DNA of 64,000 nt from Candidatus Hydrothermales bacterium (GTDB lineage Bacteria > Hydrothermota > Hydrothermia > Hydrothermales > JAJRUZ01), in NCBI GenBank assembly GCA_039630575.1, contig JBCNUW010000002.1, positions 76,668 through 140,667 of the forward strand. Direction: 5' to 3'. This document shows positions 30,596 through 40,969 of the stretch, piece by piece; within the stretch, counting starts at the first letter, position 1; every line of letters starts with the position of its first letter. The notes under the pieces were generated by a model. The model did no database searches. It had not been told where the DNA came from and worked only from the letters and a program-made list of their open reading frames with translations. The translations under genes were made by a program, and so were the position numbers.

Positions 30596-31239
30596 TTCTG
30601 TTTTACTCTTTTAGGACTCCTAATAATAACTATTGATCCATTAGGACCAGGAACCGATCCCTTTAATCCTATTATCTTATTTTCTGTATCAACATATACA
30701 ACCTTTAAGTTATGAATGGTCTCTCTTTCATTTCCATAATGACCAGCCATCTTTTTCCCTTTCCAAACTCTCCCGGGATCTGTTGTTTGGCCAATTGAAC
30801 CAGGTCTTCTATGAGACATTGATCCATGAGAAGCTGGACCACCAGCGAAATTCCATCTTTTCACTACACCAGAAAAACCTCTACCTTTGGTAAATCCAAT
30901 AACATCTACAGTCTCTTCAGTCTGAAAGATTGAAGGTGATAGTTCAGAACCAACTCCAAAAATTTGTGAATCAAATTCACCCCTTATCTCTTTTATCAAT
31001 TCAGCAGGATATTCCTCTCTATCCCCAAAAACTTTTTTTAATTCACCTAAAAGAGGTCTTTTTATCCTTTTAACCTTCTTTTTACCAATACAAAGCTTTA
31101 CTGCTGAATAACCATCCTTTTCTTTAGTTCGAACTCCCAGAACATATACGTTATCTACATGTAAAAGTGTACATGGAATGATACTTTCCTTATAAGGAAT
31201 TCTTGTCATTCCAATTTTTCTTGCCAAAAGAGCTTTCAT
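30592..31239 (-). CDS. rplC: 50S ribosomal protein L3
   Basis: KIGMTRI...GFTKGRGFSGVVKRWNFAGGPASHGS. Confidence 0.9.
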   Translation of the reverse strand: MKALLARKIGMTRIPYKESIIPCTLLHVDNVYVLGVRTKEKDGYSAVKLCIGKKKVKRIKRPLLGELKKVFGDREEYPAELIKEIRGEFDSQIFGVGSELSPSIFQTEETVDVIGFTKGRGFSGVVKRWNFAGGPASHGSMSHRRPGSIGQTTDPGRVWKGKKMAGHYGNERETIHNLKVVYVDTENKIIGLKGSVPGPNGSIVIIRSPKRVKQK

Positions 31240-31559
31240 TTTTCAACACTCACTTCAATTTTTACATCAACACCAGCTGGGAGATCAAGCTTTGACAGCT
31301 TCTCAACTGTTTCCTGAGTTGGATTTATTATCTCTATTAATCTTTTATGGACAGAATAAAAAAACTGTTCTCTTGAGGTTTTATGAACAAAGGGACTTCT
31401 TATTACACTTATTAATGTTTTCTTTGTAGGTAATGGAATGGGACCCCTAACATCAGCTCCTGTTCCCCGAGCTGTTAAAGCAATCCTTTTTGCTGATTTT
31501 TCAATGAGCCTAGGGTCAAAACTCTTTAACTTTATCCTTATCTTTTCAGTTAATGGCAT
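31236..31559 (-). CDS. rpsJ: 30S ribosomal protein S10
   Basis: IRIKLKSFDPRLIEKSAKRIALTARGTGADVRGPIPLPTKK. Confidence 0.9.
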   Translation of the reverse strand: MPLTEKIRIKLKSFDPRLIEKSAKRIALTARGTGADVRGPIPLPTKKTLISVIRSPFVHKTSREQFFYSVHKRLIEIINPTQETVEKLSKLDLPAGVDVKIEVSVEK

Positions 31560-31565
31560 ATCTTC

Positions 31566-32780
31566 TTAATCTATGATATCTGTTATTACTCCTGCACCAA
31601 CTGTTTTTCCGCCTTCTCTTATAGCAAACCGAAGTTCCTTCTCCATTGCAACAGGGTACATAAGCTCAACCTCAAGATTAACATGATCACCAGGCATAAC
31701 CATTTCTCTCCCTTCTGGAAGTTTTATTGAACCTGTGACATCTGTTGTTCTAAAATAAAATTGAGGCTTATAACCTGTAAAGAAAGGAGTATGTCTTCCT
31801 CCTTCCTCTTTTGTAAGAACATAAACCTGTGCCCTAAATTTTGTGTGGGGTGTAATAGTGTTGGGTTTTGCAAGAACCATTCCTCTTTCAACCTCGTCCT
31901 TACCTATTCCTCTTAAAAGAATACCCACATTATCTCCTGCTCTTGCCTCATCAAGTACCTTTCTAAACATTTCAACAGATGTAGCTACGGTTTTTCGAGT
32001 GGGTCCAAAACCAACAATCTCTACCTCATCTCCAGGCTTTAAAGTTCCTCTTTCAACTCTTCCTGTTACTACTGTTCCTCTACCAGTAATTGAGAAAACA
32101 TCTTCAATAGCCATTAAAAAGGGTCTATCTATTTCTCTTATAGGATCTGGAATATAATTATCCATTGCATCTATTAACTCCCAAATTTTACCACAATGTT
32201 CACATTCCCTCTTACCACATCCACACCTCATTGCATTTAAAGCACTACCTCTTATAACAGGAACCTCATTTCCTGGAAACTCGTATTTTTTCAAAAGATC
32301 TCTCACCTCTTCTTCAACAAGATCTACTATCTCAGGATCATCTACTGCATCTACCTTGTTAATAAATACAACTATATAAGGCACGTTTACCTGTCTTGCC
32401 AAAAGAACATGTTCTCTTGTCTGCGGCATAACTGAATCAACAGCTGAAACTACCAAAATAGAACCATCCATTTGAGCAGCACCTGTTATCATGTTCTTTA
32501 TATAGTCATGATGACCAGGACAATCGATATGGGCATAATGTCTTTTCTCTGACTCATACTCTACATGAGCAAGATTAACGGTTAAAATCTTAGTTTCATC
32601 CCTTCTAAAAAGCTTAACATCAGCCTTTGCTACCTGCTCATACTCCTGCTCAACAGCAAGACCATGCTTGGAAAGTACTTTTGTAATAGCAGAAGTCAAA
32701 GTAGTCTTACCATGGTCAATGTGACCTATCGTACCCACATTAACATGCGTCTTCTTTCTTTCAAATTTAGGTTTACTCAT
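31566..32780 (-). CDS. tuf: Elongation factor Tu, with a Cys4 insertion in domain I
   Basis: [23 protein letters not shown] and the other G-motifs. Start reassigned to [10 protein letters not shown] at 32780; the 16-aa extension in the ORF track is translated 5'-UTR containing the GGTTCAAATCC motif. Insertion [13 protein letters not shown] sits where E. coli has EGDAEWEAK. Confidence 0.9.
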   Translation of the reverse strand: MSKPKFERKKTHVNVGTIGHIDHGKTTLTSAITKVLSKHGLAVEQEYEQVAKADVKLFRRDETKILTVNLAHVEYESEKRHYAHIDCPGHHDYIKNMITGAAQMDGSILVVSAVDSVMPQTREHVLLARQVNVPYIVVFINKVDAVDDPEIVDLVEEEVRDLLKKYEFPGNEVPVIRGSALNAMRCGCGKRECEHCGKIWELIDAMDNYIPDPIREIDRPFLMAIEDVFSITGRGTVVTGRVERGTLKPGDEVEIVGFGPTRKTVATSVEMFRKVLDEARAGDNVGILLRGIGKDEVERGMVLAKPNTITPHTKFRAQVYVLTKEEGGRHTPFFTGYKPQFYFRTTDVTGSIKLPEGREMVMPGDHVNLEVELMYPVAMEKELRFAIREGGKTVGAGVITDIID

Positions 32781-32865
32781 TTTAAAAATATAACTTTCCA
32801 GGGATTTGAACCCATTGGGTCCTTTCAAAATAATTTTAAAATTTTAAAATAATAATTTAATTATT

Positions 32866-34914
32866 TTAATATAAAAATTCTTTTTTTTCAAGTTTAGCTT
32901 CTCTAAATGAACTAACCTTCATCCAAATTCCTGCCTTTCCTTTTGTGTGTGATCTTAAAACAGTAACATATCCAAAAGTATTTTTAAGGGGCATCTCAGC
33001 AACTATTTTTATAATGTCAAAACCTTGTAAAATATCCTTTTCTATTATTTCTGCTTCTCGCTGCATGAGATCCTGAATCACATTCCCGATAAATTCGTGT
33101 GGCACAGTTATCTCTAAATAAGAATAGGGTTCAAGTAATACGGGTTCCGAAGTTTTTATCAATTCTTTTCCAGCCTCATGTATTGCTAATCTCAAACCTA
33201 ATGGAGTTGTTCTTTCTATATTATATACTCTTTTAAGAATCATTTTTACATCTATTAACGGGTAACCTGCTATTACACCAAAATCAAGAAGCTCTTTCAT
33301 AGAGCTATAAGCCACTTCTTTCAACTCTCCTTCTAAATTCAAGTTTTCATCTATCAAAATTTCGTTTCTCATAGAGCTTCTTATTGGTTCAACTTTTAAT
33401 AGTACTTTACCGTACTGTTCCTCTCCACCTATATTTTTCTTGATTTCTTTTATAATTTCTCCACTTATACTTATACTCTCCCTATAATGAACCTGAGGTT
33501 TTAATGCTCTAAAATCTAATTTATGGTCTCTTTTTAACCTATCCAATATAATCTCAAGATGAAGCTCTCCCATTCCTGATATTATAATTTGACCGGTTTC
33601 CTCGTCAATTTTTAAATTAAAGGTTGGATCCTCTTCTACCATCCATTTTAATCTTTCCTCTATTTTTTTGAAATCTTTTGAAGAAATTGGCTCTATAGCC
33701 TGTGAAACTACGGGTTCAGGAAAAAGCATCTCTTCATATAAAATTGAGTGTTCATGTGAACAAATAGTGTCTCCAGTCTTTATTTCTTTTGGACCTACTA
33801 TTCCAACTATTTCACCACATATAGCTTCCCTTATTGCGTTTTTTTTATTTGCATGAAGTCTGTAGAGACGTTGAATTCTTGTAACTTCATTTGTTCTTGG
33901 ATTATATATCTTCTCCCCTTGAGAAATTTTTCCTGAATATATTCTTACATAACACAACTTACCCATATCTTCAAAAATTTGAACCTTAAAAACAACTCCA
34001 CTAAAATGGTCATTTGGATCAGGATTTCTAAAAATTTCATTTCTAGTTAAAGGATCTATCCCTCTTATTTTTCCTCTATCAATTGGAGATGGCAAATATT
34101 CACAGATTGCATCTAAAAGTGGTTGAATACCTTTGTTTTTTAAGGCTGAACCAATCAAAACTGGTAAAAATCTTTTCTCTAAAACTCCCTTTCTTATCGC
34201 ATTGTTAACTTTAAAAGAGTTTACAAAGCCCTTTTCATAATATTCATCTGCAATACTCTCATCTATTTCCGAAAGAGTTATAATCATATCTTCATAATAA
34301 TTTTTAGCATCTTCCTTTAGACTATCTATCGGTAAAAAAGAATATTCGATTCCTAATTCATCTTTATCCCAGAGTATTTTTTTATTTTCAACAAAGTGAA
34401 AAACACCTAAAAATTGAGTTTCCAAACCAACTGGCCATTCAAGTAAAAGAGGTTTAATTTTAAATTTTTTTTCAATTTGATTCAAAACTTTTAAGTGGTC
34501 AGCACCCTGTCTATCCATTTTATTTATGAAAGCTATTCTCGGTACATTAAACTTTTCAGCTTGTCTCCATATTGTCTCAGATTGTGGTTCAACTCCCTCT
34601 ACTGCTGAAAAGATTATCACAAGACCGTCAAGAATTCTCATAGACCTTTCAACCTCTACTGTAAAATCTACATGTCCAGGTGTATCAACAATGTGTATTA
34701 GGTAATTTTTCCATTCGCAAAAAGTTGCAGCAGCCTGAATTGTAATTCCTCTCTCTTTCTCCTGAATCATATAGTCCATTGTGGCTGTACCCTCATCCAC
34801 CTCACCCATTCTATGTATCCTATGAGTATAAAAAAGAATCCTCTCAGTAGTTGTAGTTTTACCTGCATCTATATGAGCAGCAAAACCGATATTACGTATT
34901 TTACTTATGTCCAT
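32866..34914 (-). CDS. fusA: Elongation factor G
   Basis: NIGFAAHIDAGKTTTTERILFYT, DTPGHVDFTVEVERS, NKMDR. 682 aa, located between rpsG and tuf. Confidence 0.9.
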   Translation of the reverse strand: MDISKIRNIGFAAHIDAGKTTTTERILFYTHRIHRMGEVDEGTATMDYMIQEKERGITIQAAATFCEWKNYLIHIVDTPGHVDFTVEVERSMRILDGLVIIFSAVEGVEPQSETIWRQAEKFNVPRIAFINKMDRQGADHLKVLNQIEKKFKIKPLLLEWPVGLETQFLGVFHFVENKKILWDKDELGIEYSFLPIDSLKEDAKNYYEDMIITLSEIDESIADEYYEKGFVNSFKVNNAIRKGVLEKRFLPVLIGSALKNKGIQPLLDAICEYLPSPIDRGKIRGIDPLTRNEIFRNPDPNDHFSGVVFKVQIFEDMGKLCYVRIYSGKISQGEKIYNPRTNEVTRIQRLYRLHANKKNAIREAICGEIVGIVGPKEIKTGDTICSHEHSILYEEMLFPEPVVSQAIEPISSKDFKKIEERLKWMVEEDPTFNLKIDEETGQIIISGMGELHLEIILDRLKRDHKLDFRALKPQVHYRESISISGEIIKEIKKNIGGEEQYGKVLLKVEPIRSSMRNEILIDENLNLEGELKEVAYSSMKELLDFGVIAGYPLIDVKMILKRVYNIERTTPLGLRLAIHEAGKELIKTSEPVLLEPYSYLEITVPHEFIGNVIQDLMQREAEIIEKDILQGFDIIKIVAEMPLKNTFGYVTVLRSHTKGKAGIWMKVSSFREAKLEKKEFLY

Positions 34915-34982
34915 TTGGCCAATTTTTGGAATTTAATTTTAAAAAAATTAACTTTTTCTTTTAAAAAAAAATTTTATACTTT

Positions 34983-35450
34983 TTACCATCTAAAGTGTGC
35001 AAAGGCTCTGTTTGCCTCTGCCATTTTGTGGGTATTTTCTCTTATCTTAACTGCTCCGCCTTCATTATTTGCAGCACTTATTAACTCCTTTGCCAACTTC
35101 TCTATCATTCCTCTTTCTCCTCTCTCTCGCGCTGATTTTATAATCCATTTTATAGCAAGAGAAACTTGCCTTTTCGGTCTTACCTCAACTGGCACCTGAT
35201 AGGTAGCTCCTCCAACTCTCCTCGGTCTCACCTCAAGAGTAGGCTTTACATTCTCTATTGCTTTTTCAAAAACTTTTAATGGATCTTCACCTGTAAGATC
35301 TTGAATTCTCTTCATTGCATTATAAAATATTTTCATCGCAATACTTTTTTTACCATCCCACATCAAGTTGTTAATAAACTTCATAACAAGGGGTGAATTA
35401 TAAATAGGATCTGTTGGTATTTTTCTTTCAGGTGCTCTTCTTCTTCTCAT
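34983..35450 (-). CDS. rpsG: 30S ribosomal protein S7
   Basis: [19 protein letters not shown]...[21 protein letters not shown]. Confidence 0.9.
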   Translation of the reverse strand: MRRRRAPERKIPTDPIYNSPLVMKFINNLMWDGKKSIAMKIFYNAMKRIQDLTGEDPLKVFEKAIENVKPTLEVRPRRVGGATYQVPVEVRPKRQVSLAIKWIIKSARERGERGMIEKLAKELISAANNEGGAVKIRENTHKMAEANRAFAHFRW

Positions 35451-35455
35451 ATTTT

Positions 35456-35836
35456 TTAACCCTCCTTCTTTTTCCTTTTAGTACCATAAAGACTTCTTGA
35501 ACTTGCCCTATTTGCCACACCTGCACAATCATAAACTCCTCTAACTATATGATACTTTACTCCAGGTAAATCTTTTACTCTCCCTCCTCTAACAAGAACG
35601 ACTGAGTGTTCTTGAAGGTTGTGCCCTTCTCCCGGTATGTAGGCAATCACCTCTCTACCATTCGAAAGTCTCACTTTAGCTACCTTCCTTAAAGCTGAGT
35701 TTGGTTTTTTGGGGCTAGTTGTATATACACGTATACAAACTCCTCTTTTTTGTGGACATGATTCAAGAGCAATACTTTTAGATTTTTTTCTCTTCTTTTT
35801 TCTTTTATGTCGTATAATTTGGTTTATAGTAGGCAT
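35456..35836 (-). CDS. rpsL: 30S ribosomal protein S12
   Basis: [15 protein letters not shown]...[59 protein letters not shown]. Confidence 0.9.
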   Translation of the reverse strand: MPTINQIIRHKRKKKRKKSKSIALESCPQKRGVCIRVYTTSPKKPNSALRKVAKVRLSNGREVIAYIPGEGHNLQEHSVVLVRGGRVKDLPGVKYHIVRGVYDCAGVANRASSRSLYGTKRKKKEG

Positions 35837-36350
35837 TAATTTTTTTAAAATGCTATTTTTATTATGGATTTGAACCGAAATTTAATATAATTATAAAAGT
35901 TAAAAAGAAAAAAATCAAATAATTTTATAATTTTATAACATTTTAGACTGATTAAAATATTACTTTAAAGGTTCGTAATGTATAATTCCTTAAACATTTA
36001 AAACTTTTTTAAAGAACATGATAAATTAACATTCACAATCTTACTTTGTAATAAATAAACAAAAACAAATTTTTCCTAATATGAATCTACAGATTACTTT
36101 CTCAACTCTTACATAAAACTTTCTTTGGATTTAATTAGATTATGATCATTAAAAACTATGATCTATTTTCATACAAAGTTTACAAGGTAACATCTTAAAC
36201 TCATCTCATCTAACTTTTTTTACTTTCCTATCTTTGTCGGAGTTCTATCAGCGATTTTTACACTTCAGAGTTCGAATAAAATATCTAAAATAAGTAAGTT
36301 CCCTTTAACTTTTGACTTACATCATTCTTTTATTATAAACATCAAAACAA

Positions 36351-36379
36351 TTGAAAATTCTGAAAATTTCATTTATAAT
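36351..36379 (+). promoter_or_regulatory. Sigma70-type promoter of tRNA-Thr (TTGAAA-17 nt-TATAAT)
   Basis: TTGAAA at 36351-36356, a 17-nt spacer, TATAAT at 36374-36379. The tRNA 5' end is at 36388. Confidence 0.6.
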
Positions 36380-36387
36380 AGAAAACT

Positions 36388-36460
36388 GCCCGCGTAGCTC
36401 AGGCGGTAGAGCACTTCCTTGGTAAGGAAGAGGCCGCCGGTTCGAGTCCGGCCGCGGGCT
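36388..36460 (+). tRNA. tRNA-Thr (anticodon GGT), no encoded CCA
   Basis: Cloverleaf: acceptor GCCCGCG/CGCGGGC. D-arm GCTC-AGGCGGTA-GAGC. Anticodon arm CTTCC-TTGGTAA-GGAAG, giving GGT. T-arm GCCGG-TTCGAGT-CCGGC. Discriminator T. Confidence 0.85.
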
Positions 36461-36473
36461 TTTAAATTAAAAA

Positions 36474-37559
36474 TTGGAACTGAAAACTCCCAAGAAAAGC
36501 TTTAGAAAAGCTCTTGAAGTACTTAAAAAAGGAGGAGTTATAGCTATACCAACTGACACAGTTTCAGGACTTGTAACACCATATTGGTCTCAAGAGGGAG
36601 TTAAAAGAATCTTTTCTATTAAAAAAAGAGAAAGTGAAAAAACTCTTGGTCTTTTTATCTCTCAATCAAAAGAACTTAGACTCTTTACAAAAAACATAAC
36701 AGAAACAAGAAAAAGATTGATACATAACTTGTGGCCAGGATCTATATCTCTTTTATTTAAAGCAAAAGAAAATTTACCTGAATATATTGTCCATAGAGAA
36801 AAAAAAACAGTATCTGTTAGAATCCCAAATCATCCTGTTCCACTTTCCCTTTGCAGTTTAGCAGGACCTCTTGTACAAACTTCAGTTAATATCTCTGGTC
36901 ATAAAGAAATAAATGATTATGAAGAGATTGAAAAAAAATTTGGTAAATATGTTGATTTTGTTTATCCTCAAAACTCTTATGGAAATTCTGCCTCAACAAT
37001 TCTTGACGTATCCAAATATCCCTTTTTGTTATTACGAAAAGGACCTATAGGTATAACTCAGATTGAAAGTTTGCTTTTAAAAAAAATAAAAATTTCAAAA
37101 TCCATCAAAACAAACATCCTATTTGTTTGCAGTGGAAACACATGTAGATCTCCAATGGCTATGGGTATAATGTATTCACTTTTAAAACAAAATCTAAGGG
37201 ATTTGGTAAATATTAAATCAGCAGGAGTTGACACAATAGATGGACTTTTAATTGCTGAAAATACACTTAAAGTACTTGAGAAGGTATACAACTTAGATCT
37301 CAGTTACTATAGAACTAGGAAACTAAAAAAAGATGATCTTGAATGGGCAGACTTCATTTATGTTATGGAAAAAAAACACTTAAGAGAAATTCAAAAAATG
37401 GGATTTTATGAAAAAGCAAAACTGTTAAACCTCATAGATGGATTTAAAGATATACCTGACCCATTCGGTAAGGACTATAGCTACTATCTTTATGTATCAA
37501 AACTAATTGAAAAAAATATAAAATTGATTGTTAAAGAAATAGAGTATAGATACTCATGA
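36474..37559 (+). CDS. Fusion protein: L-threonylcarbamoyladenylate synthase (YrdC/TsaC domain) + low-molecular-weight protein phosphatase (LMW-PTP/arginine phosphatase-like)
   Basis: N-terminal GGVIAIPTDTVSGLV (YrdC PTDTVYGL motif). C-terminal ILFVCSGNTCRSPMAMGIMY (CX5R P-loop of LMW-PTP) with a downstream DP motif. Starts with TTG directly after the tRNA. Stop TGA overlaps the purM ATG. Confidence 0.7.
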   Translation: MELKTPKKSFRKALEVLKKGGVIAIPTDTVSGLVTPYWSQEGVKRIFSIKKRESEKTLGLFISQSKELRLFTKNITETRKRLIHNLWPGSISLLFKAKENLPEYIVHREKKTVSVRIPNHPVPLSLCSLAGPLVQTSVNISGHKEINDYEEIEKKFGKYVDFVYPQNSYGNSASTILDVSKYPFLLLRKGPIGITQIESLLLKKIKISKSIKTNILFVCSGNTCRSPMAMGIMYSLLKQNLRDLVNIKSAGVDTIDGLLIAENTLKVLEKVYNLDLSYYRTRKLKKDDLEWADFIYVMEKKHLREIQKMGFYEKAKLLNLIDGFKDIPDPFGKDYSYYLYVSKLIEKNIKLIVKEIEYRYS

Positions 37560-38521
37560 GGTATAAAGAAGCTGGGGTAGATCTTAAAAAAGCCGAAAGT
37601 GTTTCAAAAATTTTTAAAATAATAACAAAACAAAAGGAAAGATTTTCAGGTATATTTGATCTTGGAGACTATTTTGTTGCTGCTACATGTGATGGAGTAG
37701 GTACTAAAACTCAAGTGGCAAGAATTGCCCGTAAATTTGAAGTTCTTGGTGAAGATATAGTGAATCACTCGGTAAATGATCTTTTATGTCAAGGTGCAAA
37801 ACCTATTTTTTTCCTAGATTATATTGCTTCATCAAGCCTTGATTTGAGAGTTGTAAGAAAAATAGCAAAAGGAATATTAAAAGCCCTTAGAGAGAACGGA
37901 AATATAGCACTTTTAGGTGGAGAAACTGCAGAAATGCCAGACATATATAATAAAAACGAGTGGGACATAGTTGGTTTTTGTGTTGGGCTTTTAAAAAAAG
38001 AGAATCTATTACCAAAAAAAATCAAAAAGGGAGATTTACTTTTAGGCTTACCATCAAATGGACTTCATACAAATGGGTACTCACTTGCACGTAAAGTTCT
38101 TTTAAAAAAATATGATTTAAATAAAAAATTTGAAGGAAAAACACTTAAAAGTCTTTTACTTAAGCCACATAAAAGTTATTTCAAGATACTTTATCCTCTT
38201 ATAGAAAAAAAACTTATAAAGGGTTTAGCTCATATAACTGGAGGTGGTATAGAAGGAAATCTAAAGAGAATTTTGCCAAATAGCTTAGGTTTTGATATAG
38301 ATATAAGAGATGTAGAAAAACCCATAATTTTTGAGATAATTCAAAAAGAAGGAAATGTTCCTTATGATGAAATGCTAAAGGTATTCAATTTAGGAATAGG
38401 AATGATTGTAGTTATAGATGTAAAGGAATTAGAAAATATAAAAAATTTTTTGATAAAAAAAGGGGAAAAATTTTACATAATTGGTGAAATAACAAAAGGG
38501 AGAAAAAGAGTTATATTTTGA
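37556..38521 (+). CDS. purM: Phosphoribosylformylglycinamidine cyclo-ligase (AIR synthetase)
   Basis: YKEAGVDLKKAE...ATCDGVGTKTQVA...GGETAEMPD, typical of PurM. Confidence 0.85.
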   Translation: MRYKEAGVDLKKAESVSKIFKIITKQKERFSGIFDLGDYFVAATCDGVGTKTQVARIARKFEVLGEDIVNHSVNDLLCQGAKPIFFLDYIASSSLDLRVVRKIAKGILKALRENGNIALLGGETAEMPDIYNKNEWDIVGFCVGLLKKENLLPKKIKKGDLLLGLPSNGLHTNGYSLARKVLLKKYDLNKKFEGKTLKSLLLKPHKSYFKILYPLIEKKLIKGLAHITGGGIEGNLKRILPNSLGFDIDIRDVEKPIIFEIIQKEGNVPYDEMLKVFNLGIGMIVVIDVKELENIKNFLIKKGEKFYIIGEITKGRKRVIF

Positions 38522-38545
38522 GAATTATAAAAAAGGAGGAAAAAA

Positions 38546-40969
38546 ATGACTGAGAGGCTGATTAATGCACCTATAGAAGAGGAAATGTCAACAAGTTATA
38601 TCGACTATGCGATGAGTGTAATTGTAGGTAGAGCTCTTCCTGATGTGAGAGATGGATTAAAACCTGTTCACAGAAGAATTTTATACTCAATGTACGAATC
38701 AGGTCTTTTACCAACAAAACCGTTCAAAAAAAGCGCAACAGTAGTTGGTGATGTACTTGGTAAATTTCATCCCCATGGGGATATGGCTGTTTACGATGCT
38801 CTTGTAAGAATGGCACAAGACTTCTCACTTAGATATCCACTGATTGAAGGTCAGGGAAATTTCGGTTCTATTGATGGAGATCCTCCAGCAGCATATAGAT
38901 ACACTGAAGTAAGGCTTTCAAAGATAGCTCTGGAAATGCTTAAAGATTTAGATAAAAACACTGTTGATTTTGTGCCAAATTTCGATGGGAGGTTAAAAGA
39001 ACCTGTTGTTTTACCATCACTTTTACCAAACTTGCTTGTAAATGGCTCAACAGGAATAGCTGTAGGAATGTCAACTAATATACCACCCCATAACTTATCT
39101 GAAACCGTTGATGCACTTATATATTTAATCGACAACCCAGATTGTAAAGACGAAGATCTATTCGAAATTATAAAAGGACCCGACTTTCCTACAGGAGGTT
39201 TGATATTAGGTAAAAAGGGGATACATGATTACTTTAAGATTGGAAGGGGACAAATAGTAATTAGAGGTAAATACTATATTGAAGAAAAGGGCAGAAAGAA
39301 AATTATATTTACTGAAATTCCTTATCTTGTAAACAAAGCAAGCTTACTTGAAAGAATTGCAGATCTTATAAGAGATAAAAAAATAGAAGGTATACAGGAT
39401 TTAAGGGATGAATCAGATAGAGATGGTTTAAGAATTGTAATTGAACTTAAAAAGAACATTTCTGAGAAACTTATCTTAAATCAACTTTTTAAATACACAC
39501 AGCTTCAGGATAGATTTAATGTAATTATGTTGAGCCTTGTTGAAAATGAACCAAAAGTTTTATCTTTAAGAGAAATTTTAAACTACTATCTTAGACACAG
39601 AGAGGAGGTTACAAGAAGGAAAACAGAATTTTTACTTAAGAAAGCTCAGGAAAGAGCCCATATTTTAGATGGTCTTAAAGTTGCTTTAAAAAACATCGAT
39701 GAAGTTATCAAAATAATTAAACACTCAAAAGATCCAAAAGAAGCAGGTGAAAAGTTGAGAAAAGTTTATAAACTTACAGAATTACAGACTCAGGCAATAT
39801 TAGAAATGAGACTACAAACTCTTACAAAACTCGAAATTTCAAAAATTGAGGAAGAGTATGAGAAAATAATTAAGGATATTCAGAAGTATAAAAGAATTTT
39901 AGAGGAAAGAAAAATTCTCTTTGAGGAAATAAAAAAAGAATTAATTGAACTAAAGGAAAAACACGGAGATAAAAGAAAAACAGAGATCTTAGATCAGGAA
40001 CCAGAGGAAATTGACATCGAAAGTTTAATCAAAAAAGAAAAAATTCTTATTTTACTTTCAAAAAATGGTTATATAAAAAGGATACAAGGTTCATATTTAA
40101 AAACAAAGTCAAGGGGAACTCAAGGTCAAAAAGGAGTTCTGTTAGATGAGGATGACTTTCCGGAGGATGTTTTTTATTCTTTTTCCCATGATTATGTGCT
40201 TTTTGTATCAAATAAAGGAAAAGTTTACTCTTTAAAAGCCTATGAAATTCCTGAGAGTGGGTTAAGAGGTAAGGGAAAACCTGTAAATACAATTCTTAAT
40301 TTACCAGATGGAGAGAAAATTGTCGATATGATCCCAATATCAGAATTCAAAAAGGGTGTTTATCTTTTTCTTATAACAAGAAAAGGTATAATTAAAAAAA
40401 CTGACATTGAACTTTTTAAAAATGCTGGAAAAAGAGGTATCACAGGTCAAATCCTAAAGGAAAAAGATGAGACAATAAAAGGTTTACTTGTAACAGATGA
40501 AGATGAAGTTATTCTCTTAAAGGAAAACGGTCTTGCATCGAGAATAATATCAAAAGCAGTAAGACCCATGGGAAGGTCGAGTTATGGAATAATAGGAATA
40601 AAAACCAGCGATGCCGAATGTATATCAGGAGCTGTAATAAAGGAAAATACCACCATTCTTGTTGTAACAGAAAAGGGTTACGGTAAAAGATTTAAACCAG
40701 AGGAAATTCCAGCAAAAGGAAGAGGTGCTAAGGGTGTAATTGTACAAAAGGTAAATGAAAAAACTGGAAAAGCTATTTGGTTAAAAGCCTTTGATGATAA
40801 AGATCATCTTGTATTGCTAACAAGTTCATCAAAACTATTAAGACAAAAAGTAGAAGAAATTCCTTTAATTTCAAGAGCAACAAGAGGTGTAAGGCTTATA
40901 AAAGTAGAGAAGGAAGATAAGGTTGTTGGTTGTGCAAAAATTCCTTATGAGGAGGAAATGGATGTTTAA
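38546..40969 (+). CDS. gyrA: DNA gyrase subunit A (type IIA topoisomerase A subunit; ParC not formally excluded)
   Basis: [29 protein letters not shown], active-site region [28 protein letters not shown]...EVRLSKIA. Degenerate GyrA-box-like [11 protein letters not shown]-terminal beta-pinwheel repeats. AAGGAGG RBS. Confidence 0.8.
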   Translation: MTERLINAPIEEEMSTSYIDYAMSVIVGRALPDVRDGLKPVHRRILYSMYESGLLPTKPFKKSATVVGDVLGKFHPHGDMAVYDALVRMAQDFSLRYPLIEGQGNFGSIDGDPPAAYRYTEVRLSKIALEMLKDLDKNTVDFVPNFDGRLKEPVVLPSLLPNLLVNGSTGIAVGMSTNIPPHNLSETVDALIYLIDNPDCKDEDLFEIIKGPDFPTGGLILGKKGIHDYFKIGRGQIVIRGKYYIEEKGRKKIIFTEIPYLVNKASLLERIADLIRDKKIEGIQDLRDESDRDGLRIVIELKKNISEKLILNQLFKYTQLQDRFNVIMLSLVENEPKVLSLREILNYYLRHREEVTRRKTEFLLKKAQERAHILDGLKVALKNIDEVIKIIKHSKDPKEAGEKLRKVYKLTELQTQAILEMRLQTLTKLEISKIEEEYEKIIKDIQKYKRILEERKILFEEIKKELIELKEKHGDKRKTEILDQEPEEIDIESLIKKEKILILLSKNGYIKRIQGSYLKTKSRGTQGQKGVLLDEDDFPEDVFYSFSHDYVLFVSNKGKVYSLKAYEIPESGLRGKGKPVNTILNLPDGEKIVDMIPISEFKKGVYLFLITRKGIIKKTDIELFKNAGKRGITGQILKEKDETIKGLLVTDEDEVILLKENGLASRIISKAVRPMGRSSYGIIGIKTSDAECISGAVIKENTTILVVTEKGYGKRFKPEEIPAKGRGAKGVIVQKVNEKTGKAIWLKAFDDKDHLVLLTSSSKLLRQKVEEIPLISRATRGVRLIKVEKEDKVVGCAKIPYEEEMDV

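Noticed and set aside
32802-32812. tRNA T-arm-like sequence GGTTCAAATCC taken as a possible tRNA or tRNA fragment
   Set aside because: No acceptor, D or anticodon arms can be drawn around any of the five copies. Only 2-4 bp of flanking pairing. Treated as a linear motif instead.
32781-32828. N-terminal extension of tuf in the ORF track ([16 protein letters not shown]...)
   Set aside because: EF-Tu universally starts just before the G1 motif ([10 protein letters not shown]...). The extension is the translated 5'-UTR carrying the GGTTCAAATCC element.
35837-36350. Possible small RNA or riboswitch in the 550-nt AT-rich spacer upstream of rpsL
   Set aside because: No conserved ncRNA signature (SRP, 6S, RNase P, tmRNA, T-box) and no stable GC-rich stems apart from the motif and promoter elements noted.
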